Source of the DNA: an uncultured Nitrospiraceae bacterium
GTDB taxonomy: Bacteria > Nitrospirota > Nitrospiria > Nitrospirales > Nitrospiraceae
Reading direction: 5' to 3'
Assembly (NCBI GenBank): GCA_963846575.1
Contig: CAWJWJ010000002.1
Span: forward strand, 480,001-544,000
DNA: 64,000 bases
Shown piece after piece: positions 40,585-49,898 of this stretch. The first letter of the stretch is position 1, and each line of letters starts with the position of its first letter. The notes under the pieces were generated by a model. The model was not told the DNA's origin. It saw only the letters and a list, made by a program, of their open reading frames with translations, and ran no database searches. A program made the translations under genes and the position numbers.

Positions 40585-43341
40585 ATGCCATCTTTGCTAC
40601 CACCGAATGACCAAATCCAGGCGGCACTATATCTAGCCGCCATCGTCGATTCGTCCGACGACGCCATCATCAGTAAGAATTTGTCCGGAGTCATCCAGAG
40701 TTGGAACCGAGCCGCTGAGCGCATTTTTGGTTATACGCGCGAAGAAGCCGTCGGACAATCAATTCTGCTCGTGATCCCGCCCGACTTGCAACACGAAGAA
40801 GCATATATTTTGGAGCGCTTGCGCAAGGGAGAGCGCATCAGCAATTTTGAGACGACGCGACGTCGAAAAGATGGAACCCTGGTTGATATCTCGTTAACCA
40901 TTTCACCGATTCGTACAAACGAGGGGCACATTAGCGGAGCGTCGAAAATCGCACGTGACATCACCGAGCAAAAAGCAGCCCGGGCCCGATTGGAGGAAAC
41001 TCAGGAACGACTGACCGTTACCTTGCAAAGCATCGGCGACGCTGTCCTCGCCACAGACGCGGAGGCCCGCGTGACATTTGCCAATTCGGTGGCTGAAACA
41101 TTACTGGGTCGCTCCAAACATGAAATGCTGGGCCAACCGCTAGCGACAATCTTTACTATCGTTCATGAAGACACACGACAGCCTATTCAGAGCCCAGTGG
41201 ACGACGTCTTACAAAATTCTAAAGCAGCCAGTCTTGCCAACCACACAATTTTGGTGCGTCCCGACGGTTCGGAACTGCCTATCGATGATAGCGCCGCACC
41301 TATTTTGAACTCGAGAGGACAGTTATTGGGCGTCGTCTTAGTGTTCCGGGATGTGACGCAGCGGCGCAGTATGCATCGCTTGGCCACGCAATTTTCCGCA
41401 ATCGTCGCCTCTTCCGACGATGCCATCATCAGCAAGAACCTCAGCGGGATCGTATTGACCTGGAATCGCGGCGCGGAGCGGATCTTTGGATATTCTGCCA
41501 ATGACATGATCGGGCAATCCATCACTAGAATTATTCCGGCAGATCGGCTAACGGAAGAACGGGAGATTCTCACACGGTTGGCACGAGGCGAGCACATTGA
41601 CCACTATGAGACCGTGCGGCAAAAACAGGATGGGACCTTATGCAACATCTCGCTCACCGTCTCGCCTATTAAGGATGAGAACGAACGAATTATTGGTGCG
41701 TCTAAAATTGCCCGGGACATCACCGTCCAGAAGCTCGCCAAGCGAACCATCGAGGAAGCACAGGAGCGGTGGCTAGTCACGTTAGCCAGCATTGGGGATG
41801 CCGTGATTGCGACCGATGCGGAGGCGAAAATCACATTCGCCAATGCCGTTGCAACACACCTCATGGGCCGCACCTTGGATGAGGTCGTAGGGAAGCCGTT
41901 AGTTGATCATTTCCACATCGTGAATGAAGACTCACGACACCGCGTCGAAAGCCCAGTGGACCGTGTGATCCGGGAGGGCGTGGTGGTGGGCTTAGCTAAC
42001 CATACGGTCCTAATTCGCCCCGACGGCACTGATGTGCCTATCGACGACAGTGCGGCACCGATTCGAGATGCGAAGGGGCAACTATTGGGAGTGGTCTTAA
42101 TCTTCCGTGACATTACGGAACGAAAGCGCACGGAGAAAGAGCTATCCCAGTGGCGGACCGAGTTAGAACGGAGGGTAGAGGAACGCACCGAGCAGCTAGT
42201 TCGCTCACAGGACCGACTTCGCGCATTGGCGATTCAATTAAATCGGACTGAGCAACGTGAGCGACGTCGCCTGGCGACAAATCTTCACGATTATCTGGCC
42301 CAACTCCTTGCCTTGGCTCGTATCAAACTAGGTCAAGCCAGGCGCCCATCCAGTCGGGTTTCAGCCCAAGATCAGCCGACACTCACAGAAGTTGATACTC
42401 TGCTTGAGGACTGCCTCCGGTATACCCGCACGCTGATGGGTCAACTGAGCCCGTCTGTATTGGTTGACATTGGATTCGTCCCAGCTCTTCAATGGCTGGC
42501 TCAACAGATGGGGCAGCAAGGGCTCACTGTCGCCGTGCAGGTGCTCACGCCCAATATGCCGCGGTTACCTGACACCACGGCCGATCTACTTTTTCAGTCG
42601 GTTCGAGAACTCCTGTTTAATGTGCTCAAGCACGCCCGCGTATCCGACGCCATCATTTCCGTGGAGCAGCGTGAGGGCGGCGATTGGGTCATTTCATTGG
42701 AGGATCAAGGAGTAGGCTTCGATCCGGCTTTAATGCGACAACGACTCGGTGATGGACATTTCGGGCTATTCAGCATCCAAGAGCGAATGGAAGCCATAGC
42801 CGGTTGGTGTCATATCCACTCGGCTCCGGGAGGTGGCACCCGCATCGAATTAGGTCTAGCCGTGCCGAATGACGCTGAGAGGCCTTCCCCTGCAAGGCTA
42901 CCATCTAAGCCCCGCGCAACCGATCACGGCATCAAGGACATACCTGTTTCTTGCACGCGCGTGTTACTTGTAGATGATCATGCCATGGTCCGACAAGGGC
43001 TTCGTAGTATCCTTGATAATTATGATGATTTGGAAATCGTCGCCGAGGCCGTGGATGGCGAAGAAGCTGTGTCACTCACGCACCGGCTCCAACCGGATGT
43101 CGTCCTGATGGACATCAACCTTCCTCGTCTCAATGGAATTGATGCTACACGGAAAATAAAGCAGGCGTGGCCGCACATCATCGTTATTGGTTTGTCGGTG
43201 CAATCTTCGCCCCAAACGCTCCAAGCTTTTGTTGAAGCTGGAGGAGCCGACTTAATCAGTAAAGAGCAAGCAACGGAAGACTTACATTCCACAATCCAAG
43301 AGTTTGTGGAATCATCGGGCCGGAGGGGAGAGATTAACTGA
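40585..43341 (+). CDS. Soluble hybrid sensor kinase 4xPAS / HisKA_3 / HATPase / REC
   Basis: PAS repeats AIV.SSDDAIISK (x2) and TL.SIGDAV.ATD (x2); NLHDYLAQ; RELLFNVLKHA; VLLVDDHAMVRQG. Confidence 0.93.
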   Translation: MPSLLPPNDQIQAALYLAAIVDSSDDAIISKNLSGVIQSWNRAAERIFGYTREEAVGQSILLVIPPDLQHEEAYILERLRKGERISNFETTRRRKDGTLVDISLTISPIRTNEGHISGASKIARDITEQKAARARLEETQERLTVTLQSIGDAVLATDAEARVTFANSVAETLLGRSKHEMLGQPLATIFTIVHEDTRQPIQSPVDDVLQNSKAASLANHTILVRPDGSELPIDDSAAPILNSRGQLLGVVLVFRDVTQRRSMHRLATQFSAIVASSDDAIISKNLSGIVLTWNRGAERIFGYSANDMIGQSITRIIPADRLTEEREILTRLARGEHIDHYETVRQKQDGTLCNISLTVSPIKDENERIIGASKIARDITVQKLAKRTIEEAQERWLVTLASIGDAVIATDAEAKITFANAVATHLMGRTLDEVVGKPLVDHFHIVNEDSRHRVESPVDRVIREGVVVGLANHTVLIRPDGTDVPIDDSAAPIRDAKGQLLGVVLIFRDITERKRTEKELSQWRTELERRVEERTEQLVRSQDRLRALAIQLNRTEQRERRRLATNLHDYLAQLLALARIKLGQARRPSSRVSAQDQPTLTEVDTLLEDCLRYTRTLMGQLSPSVLVDIGFVPALQWLAQQMGQQGLTVAVQVLTPNMPRLPDTTADLLFQSVRELLFNVLKHARVSDAIISVEQREGGDWVISLEDQGVGFDPALMRQRLGDGHFGLFSIQERMEAIAGWCHIHSAPGGGTRIELGLAVPNDAERPSPARLPSKPRATDHGIKDIPVSCTRVLLVDDHAMVRQGLRSILDNYDDLEIVAEAVDGEEAVSLTHRLQPDVVLMDINLPRLNGIDATRKIKQAWPHIIVIGLSVQSSPQTLQAFVEAGGADLISKEQATEDLHSTIQEFVESSGRRGEIN

Positions 43342-44150
43342 TTAGTGTCTGGAACTAGTCAATTGGTCAATTGAGGAAGAAGCGTTGCGCGCGCAGTGAG
43401 GCACATACCACAAATGGATTCGTGTCGGTGCAGAAGTCATTTGCCCTGGAGTGCTGATTGCCGTATATAACAAACCAGCCTGCAGGATTGTTGGATGAGC
43501 CCACTCAGCCCAACTAGTAGATATATTCTCTTTTCTCATCAAAACCGGTCCTATTGGCCTCCTCGTCCAGGAGGCAATTTAGTCGCAGCCATAAGCGCCT
43601 CTCAGCGGACTAACGCTTACATGCGCGTCTTTACGCTCACTTTCAATTAGCTTGCTCATGGACAATTTGTCCGCTGCTCTCACACCTGTAGACCTCCGGT
43701 GCGGCAGTGGATTATTTTAAATAGAGAGCTCTGCCTAACAAGATCAGCGCTCTATGGCGCACACTGGGCGGTGCTGGGCGAGTAACTGGTCCGAACGCTA
43801 CGCCTTTTCTCAGAGAGTCCGGCATTTGTGCAAGGTCAAGGCTGACTAGCGTTAGCTTTTGGCACGTTGCATGATATCCAGTCTGTTTGCCTAAGCACAT
43901 CTCAGAGTCCAGTTTTTCCTCGAAGCATCTGCCTTCCGTTCAGATCAAGTCGATTGATGATCCTTATCTTCTGGATTCCCGTTAAGAGGATGAACATTGA
44001 TTCCGGTCTGACCTCCGGTATGGGGCACAGAGTGATCCTCGACTAGGACACTACAGGATGTCATGCGAAGGGGTTTCCCATGCCTGGCTCTTTGACGACA
44101 AGAATGTTTCTACATGCATATTTTATTGAGTGGAAGTCCAGTCTGTCGAA

Positions 44151-44179
44151 TTGACATATAATATAAAGTATATTAGTGT
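44151..44179 (+). promoter_or_regulatory. Sigma-70 promoter with an overlapping inverted repeat
   Basis: TTGACA 44151-44156, 17-nt spacer, TAGTGT; TAATATA-AAG-TATATTA at 44159-44175. Confidence 0.6.
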
Positions 44180-44199
44180 AAGGTCTAGTCACCTGGAGC

Positions 44200-44457
44200 A
44201 TGCTTAAAATGAAGGTTGAAGGCGCCAAGAACGAAACTTTGCAATTCAAAGTCACCGAGCACGAACGTAAGCTGATTGAGAAGTGCGCTCAGGAGGAAGG
44301 GACAACCGTATCCAAATACGTGCGCGGGGCGGTTCTCATGAGCATGGTGATGGATGGGAAGGCCGAGGCGATCAAGATTGTGGCGAGAGAAGTGGGCGAG
44401 AAGGCGTTTGCGGTGGTGCGGCAGAAATTAACCCGACCGGCACAGGAAGGACGCTGA
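44200..44457 (+). CDS. Ribbon-helix-helix protein (DUF1778/MobC-like)
   Basis: TLQFKVTEHERKLIEKCAQEEGTTVSKYVR; GGAG RBS. Confidence 0.75.
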   Translation: MLKMKVEGAKNETLQFKVTEHERKLIEKCAQEEGTTVSKYVRGAVLMSMVMDGKAEAIKIVAREVGEKAFAVVRQKLTRPAQEGR

Positions 44458-44538
44458 AAAGAGTGCTTTTCGGTTCACCATCAGCAGGCAAAGCCGGTCC
44501 GCGCCCCATGCCGGCAGGCTGGGGGGCGGACCGGAATG

Positions 44539-44563
44539 GCCCCCGTCTTGGTAACACGGGGGC
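44539..44563 (+). other. Putative nick-site hairpin (dso/oriT) for the Rep_trans protein
   Basis: GCCCCCGT-CTTGGTAAC-ACGGGGGC, resembling the CCCCC..TAACA.GGGGG oriT hairpins of MOB-T/Rep_trans elements; a second GC-rich hairpin at ~44494-44533. Confidence 0.65.
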
Positions 44564-44602
44564 GCTACCTACAGCGCTCCGTACAGGAGGTCGATAGGTT
44601 CC

Positions 44603-45614
44603 ATGGATTCTACCTTCACGCTCTCCATTGATTGGTTGGCCTTTACGGTCCTGGCCAGCAATCCTCAAGAGACCATGAAGGTCCTCGGTGGAGAGTGGAG
44701 TCGGGCCAAAGGTGGCTTTCGAGGCTATCCCCTCTCATGGGTCAAGACAGATGGACTGCGAGGAGTGGGCAAACTGGGCACGAACGCGCCTCGTCGTCCG
44801 AATGAAATCCATGTCGATCTCTCTGGCGGTTTGGTTTCTGCGCTCACACTCGATCAGATTCGAGTGCTTCTGAAGTGGGTCCATGCCCAGCAAGGGCACG
44901 TGACTCGAATCGACTGTGCCCTCGATGATCGAGCTGCAACCGTCTCCGTCTCGACGGTTCGAGAGGCCGTCGCTGCTGGTCAGTGTGTGACCCGTGCAGC
45001 TCAGGTTCGACACATTGTCTCCAACCTGACGCATGGGAACGGAGCGACGACCGGCGAGACGATGTATTTCGGCAGTCCACAGAGCCAGACCCTCTTGCGC
45101 ATTTATGACAAACGGCTCGAACTTAAGAGTAAGGGCCAAGAGAACTGGCAGGACTACGGTACTCGGTGGGAACTAGAACTCAAGAAGGATCGGGCTGACC
45201 AATGTGCCCGCGCATTGGCCACCTTAGACGAAGCCGACTGGAAGGAGTTGGTGATCGGCTTACTCCGGTCCTATGTGGATTTCCGGCAGATCCCGAAGGA
45301 TGCCGAGGATGAAGAACGCTACCGGGCTCCCAGTGCTGGAGTGGTACGCCATTCTGACGGAGGGATTTCAGAAGGGGCGATTAGCCCAGGAGACGCAGGT
45401 GCAGACCCTGCAAGATGTGAAACGATGGGTGAGCGACACCCTGACGCCAATGCTGGCGGTCATCTGTGCCACCCCTGGAGGGGAAGAATGGCTACAGCAC
45501 GAAATAGTCAGGGGCATCTCCCGGTGGAAAGACCGGCACCGGAACTTGCTCAAACAACCACCCACTCGGTTTCACACGTCGTCTGCCGGCGGGAACGCGG
45601 GCAGGCCATGTTAG
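44603..45614 (+). pseudogene. Rep_trans replication initiator / MOB-T-like relaxase with one extra base
   Basis: SIDWLAFT, TRIDCALD, GETMYFGS, LRIYDK, RWELELK; removing one C from CCC 45329-45331 joins it to ORF 45273-45614 (336 aa). Confidence 0.85.
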
Positions 45615-45656
45615 GGGGACTGGGGGTGTCGCGAGACGCCCCCGGTGTATGTGCAC

Positions 45657-45968
45657 ATGCTCACCGTCAAAGAGCTCTCGGCTTGGCTCAACATCAAGTC
45701 GTCCACACTCTACCTCTGGGTTTCACGGAACAAGATTCCGTGCTGTCGCATTCATGGGCTCATCCGATTCGAACCTGAGGCCATACAAGCCTGGCTGAAG
45801 GGCTTTGGGGCCAACCCCGTCAAGCCGTGCCCACTGCCGACCCGCCAGGATTCCAACGACGTAGACCACCTGATTGCCGCGGCCAAACGTGCCGTCTATA
45901 CTCCCCGCCACGGGGAAACCATCACACCGAGCCCACGCACGAAGGAGGAGCAGCATGGGGCTCGTTAA
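45657..45968 (+). CDS. Excisionase-like HTH_17 DNA-binding protein
   Basis: MLTVKELSAWLNIKSSTLYLWV..KIP..RI..LIRF....I.AWL. Confidence 0.85.
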   Translation: MLTVKELSAWLNIKSSTLYLWVSRNKIPCCRIHGLIRFEPEAIQAWLKGFGANPVKPCPLPTRQDSNDVDHLIAAAKRAVYTPRHGETITPSPRTKEEQHGAR

Positions 45969-47040
45969 ACGGAACAATACATGGTGGATGTCATTTACGT
46001 ATCAGGGGCAGCAAGTCCGAAGGTCGACAGGGACGGCGGACAAGCGAATGGCTGAGGCGATTCTCGGCAAAGTGAAGGCTCAGGTTATTGAAGGGCGCTT
46101 CTTCGAGAAACCGAAGGAAAATTTAAAAACGTTCACCGAACTGATGGATCGGTATCTGAGGGAACATGCTAGCCGGCGAGCGAACTATCGACGGTATGTG
46201 GACATGGTGAAGAATTTGAAGACCTTCTTCGGGAACCCCAGTCTAGTGCAAGTCACGCCAAAGACCATTGTGGCATACAAGAACAAACGGTATGCCGATG
46301 GGGTGAAGCCTGCCACGATAAATCGGGAACTCGCGTTACTAAAAAAAGCCTTCAATTTGGCCTGCCGCGAGTGGGAATGGACAGAGGACAATCCCGTCTG
46401 CCGAGTTTCTATGGAGAAAGAGCAGAACGCGCGAGACCGTTGGTTGACTGAGGATGAGGAGGCGAGGCTGTTCGCAGTTGCTCTGCCGTGGGTCAAAGAA
46501 GTCGTGATCTTTGCCATACATACTGGTATGCGGAGAGGCGAAATTCTGGCACTCACGTGGGCTGGAGTGAATTTCACTCGTCGAACCGTGACTGTCTTTC
46601 AATCGAAAAACGGAGAGCGGCGCACAATTCCGGTGAACCAAACGGTCTTGGATTTGCTCGCGCAGAAACGTGCGCAGAGGAGTGGATCGACAAGGATTCT
46701 GGAACAGGATGTCGTCTTCGTCAGTCAATCTGCCACTCCATTGGATAGCAGCAACCTTCGTCGAAGGTTTATCAGCTCTCTCAAAACCGCACAGATCACG
46801 GACCTTCACTTCCATGATCTTCGCCACACTTTCGCAACGCGGCTGGTTCAGGCTGGAGTAGATCTTTATAAGGTTCAACGACTGCTGGGGCATAAGTCAC
46901 CGACGATGACTCAGCGGTATGCCCATCATTATCCTGAAAGTTTGCGGGATGGAGTAGAGGTGTTGGACCGAAAGGGGAGGATTAGCACAAATTTAGCACA
47001 GCGAGGAGAAGCGGCAACTTCTGTTTCTCTAAATTGTTGA
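45955..47040 (+). CDS. Tyrosine recombinase/integrase (intact)
   Basis: GGAGGAG RBS; N-terminal arm-binding-like domain; HTGMRRGEI, SKNG, HFHDLRH, LLGHKS..MTQRYAH. Confidence 0.96.
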   Translation: MGLVKRNNTWWMSFTYQGQQVRRSTGTADKRMAEAILGKVKAQVIEGRFFEKPKENLKTFTELMDRYLREHASRRANYRRYVDMVKNLKTFFGNPSLVQVTPKTIVAYKNKRYADGVKPATINRELALLKKAFNLACREWEWTEDNPVCRVSMEKEQNARDRWLTEDEEARLFAVALPWVKEVVIFAIHTGMRRGEILALTWAGVNFTRRTVTVFQSKNGERRTIPVNQTVLDLLAQKRAQRSGSTRILEQDVVFVSQSATPLDSSNLRRRFISSLKTAQITDLHFHDLRHTFATRLVQAGVDLYKVQRLLGHKSPTMTQRYAHHYPESLRDGVEVLDRKGRISTNLAQRGEAATSVSLNC

Positions 47041-47045
47041 AAGAT

Positions 47046-47122
47046 TGGTGCCCCCGGCCTGAATTGAACAGGCGACCTTCGGTTTAGGAAACCGCTGCTC
47101 TATCCAACTGAGCTACGGGGGC
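47046..47122 (-). tRNA. tRNA-Arg(CCT)
   Basis: GCCCCCGTAGCTCAGTTGGATAGAGCAGCGGTTTCCTAAACCGAAGGTCGCCTGTTCAATTCAGGCCGGGGGCACCA. Confidence 0.97.
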
Positions 47123-47940
47123 ATTCAGAAATGTTCGCTACCTTACACCACTGCATTCGTCGCCTCAAGGGCCGATTGCGCTATATCGCAACAAATGATG
47201 ACAGGTGACCAGATGCCCCCTATGGAGAGGCTCGGGGTCTGCCCGAAGACTCGGGGCAATGGACTGGTGGCGCAGCACCATGCCAGATCGGATGTTCAGA
47301 CTGTTGGTTCCTGACTTGATGATTTCCTACAGGGAAACGAGTATTCTTCCGCCGACGAACGGCTGCCCGTGCAGCTCAAATGAGGATCACCGCCAGGAGG
47401 CAATCCCATTCTCGACCAGGCCTCCGTCTTTTCTTCGAGGCAGAGGAGCTTGATACCATGCTCAACCGATGCAGCCTGTTATCGACGTTCCCCGACCAGC
47501 GTGATTCAGCAGTCCTATCCCGAAGCCGGCCTATAGCCGGCTGGCCTCCAGAAAAACCGGCACCGTTCGTCGTTAACAGCGGAAGGTGGCGCGCAGCACA
47601 GGCACATCCCCCAGCAGCGCTACAGCCATTCAGGTTTGTCCGCGTGAGTCTTCGTACAACGGCCTCTGATCCGGACGCAGACTCGCAGTCCGATCCATGT
47701 TTGTTAGTTGCCAAGCTCCATGCTTCGGCAGGGCTTTGACGTTGACCGGATAGGCAGGCGCTCCCGAAGGCGGCGGACACGCTCCTGGATCACACTCTTG
47801 ACCTTGATCGTGCGGAGGACAGATCGTGATGCGTTATCGTCCCAGTAAGCATGACAGATCAGGTGGGAGACTGCCGCCGCGCAGCGGCGGCTTTGTCACC
47901 CTCCCGGCACACCCACCCGGGGAGCAGTGATCCACAACAC

Positions 47941-49158
47941 ATGTCCACTCCAGCCATTGAGGACAGTCGCGGTGCAAAGGTGAGTAGGCCGCACACGGTG
48001 ATTCTGGTCGGGGCTGGCCACGCCCATTTGTATGTGGCTTCCCGAGCGGAACACCTCGTCGAGCAGGGGGCGCGTGTCATCCTTGTCGATCCGACGGGGT
48101 TCTGGTATTCAGGGCTGGCCACAGGGATGTTGGGAGGGATGTACGAGCCTGAGGCGGATCAGGTGGATGCTCGAGCATTGATCGAGGCGCATGGGGGGGA
48201 GTTCCTCCAGGACCGGGTCGATGCGGTGGACGCGGGGGCGAGGAAGGTGCATCTGGCCTGCGGGCTTACTCTGGCCTATGACTATCTGTCAATCAATGTC
48301 GGCAGTCGAGTGAATGTCGATGCCATTCCCGGCGCGATGGACGATCCCAATGTCTGGTCCGTCAAACCGATCCATAATCTGTGGAAACTACGTGAGCATT
48401 TGGAAAGTCGGTTTCGCGCGCGCGAGATGCCGCGGGTCGCCGTGGTGGGCGGCGGCCCGACAGGCTCGGAGGTAACGGCTAATTTGGCCGCGCTGGCCGC
48501 ACGGTATGACATGGCGATGCGAGTGACCCTCATTACCAGTAGCGAGCGGCTGATCCCGGAGGCTCCGCGGGGCGCCGCGCAGGCGCTGCAACGAAAATTG
48601 ACCAGCCGCGGGGTGATTATCCGCACACAGACTCATGTGGTCCGCCGCGCGGCCGGTTTTTTGCTCGTGGAAGATGGCAGCCGCATCGATGCCGATCTTG
48701 TCGTGCTGGCGCTTGGATTAGAAGCCCAACCGCTCGTGTACGCCACCGGCCTGCCGACCCATCCCAAGAACGGGCTGCGTATCAACGCCATGTTGCAATC
48801 GATCGCTGACGAGCGGGTGTTCGCGGCCGGCGATTGTGCTTCTATGGAGGGTTTCGATCTCCCCAGGCTGGGCGTGTTCGGTGTGCGCCAAGCGGTGTGC
48901 CTTTATGCCAATCTCTTGGCCAGCTTGAGAGGGAAACCGCTGACCGAATACGAACCTCAGACGCGCTATCTCGCCATCCTCAATCTTGGCGACGGCTCGG
49001 CGTTGTCGACGTGGGGACCGTTCTGGTGGAACGGACGCTCCAGCATGTGGCTGAAAGACTGGATCGACCGTGACTTTCTCGAAGGCTACCGGCGGCAGTA
49101 CGACCAGACGCCCAAGGACCAGCGCCTAAAACCGGATCGGAAAGGGGATCAGTCGTAA
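47941..49158 (+). CDS. FAD-dependent pyridine nucleotide-disulfide oxidoreductase (type similar to the SelD-associated N-terminal domain)
   Basis: LVGAGHAH, YDYLSINVGS, VVGGGPTG.E, VFAAGDCA, WLKDWIDR.F. Confidence 0.85.
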   Translation: MSTPAIEDSRGAKVSRPHTVILVGAGHAHLYVASRAEHLVEQGARVILVDPTGFWYSGLATGMLGGMYEPEADQVDARALIEAHGGEFLQDRVDAVDAGARKVHLACGLTLAYDYLSINVGSRVNVDAIPGAMDDPNVWSVKPIHNLWKLREHLESRFRAREMPRVAVVGGGPTGSEVTANLAALAARYDMAMRVTLITSSERLIPEAPRGAAQALQRKLTSRGVIIRTQTHVVRRAAGFLLVEDGSRIDADLVVLALGLEAQPLVYATGLPTHPKNGLRINAMLQSIADERVFAAGDCASMEGFDLPRLGVFGVRQAVCLYANLLASLRGKPLTEYEPQTRYLAILNLGDGSALSTWGPFWWNGRSSMWLKDWIDRDFLEGYRRQYDQTPKDQRLKPDRKGDQS

Positions 49159-49898
49159 CGCTCATCATGACATCGGCAAGTTGCCGCTGGAGCAACGGTG
49201 ATGATGGCAGCGCTGTGGCCGGCTCTGAGTCATTCAAGTCCTTGCCGACCCTGTCACCCGCCAGAATTAGAGTGACGGATTGTCCCCGAATCTCACCACC
49301 TCTGTCTCGCCTTGATATCCGCCTTGATGGGATCGCTGGGTTCCGTCATAGATCAGCAGTTCGGCTCTCATCGGTATCTTGATGTTGATGGGTGTCCGCA
49401 CCGAGCCGCCTGACGGGCTTTAGATGATGATGGGCGTATGAGAATGCGGCATTGGGGTGTGAATGCCCCTCAAGCCTGCGACGGGAAGCACGGATCCATT
49501 CGTTCAAGTGAAGCTCGGAGGCAGCGACCTGCCGACTATCAGGTTGTGTCAACTATCGCCGGCCGTCTTTTGTTCAGATGCTCCCCTCCCGTCCTCGAGG
49601 GGCCGGAGCGTTCCATGCACGAGTTCTTAAGTCAGCGGCGCTCCCCGGTAATACAGCTCCACGTCGAAGTCCCTGGAGGTTGGCCAGGTTTTTACCCTGA
49701 GGCGCTATGGCAGAACGTTTGGATAAAATTGCTCCCTCGTACAAGCATTTGTCGAGGGTTGTCCAGGGGCTTCCCTAGCTGGGATTCTGTTGACGAACCT
49801 TTAGCATACTTCCAGGTAGCCGACAGATAGTGCACAGGTCGCTATTGGGCATAGCGGTGCAAGGCGCTGAAAGAGTGATATCCAGGAGGCATGCGACC

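Larger units (their letters stand above)
37588..47090. mobile_element. Island C: ~9.5 kb integrative element (RHH / Rep_trans / Xis / Int) in tRNA-Arg(CCT)
   Basis: Exact 46-bp direct repeats, intact integrase next to the tRNA, arm repeats TTAGCACAAATTTAGCACA at both ends. Confidence 0.92.

Noticed and set aside
45332..45778. C-terminal extension of the 391-aa Rep ORF
   Set aside because: It is out-of-frame read-through after the extra C and overlaps the xis gene.
32808..47090. Repeated ~45-bp sequence as a CRISPR array
   Set aside because: The copies are kilobases apart, match the tRNA-Arg 3' end, and no cas genes are present. They are att sites.
47130..47850. Short ORFs between tRNA-Arg and the oxidoreductase (also 43342-44150, 49160-49890, 61450-61890)
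   Set aside because: No RBS, motif or compositional support that I could identify; left unannotated.
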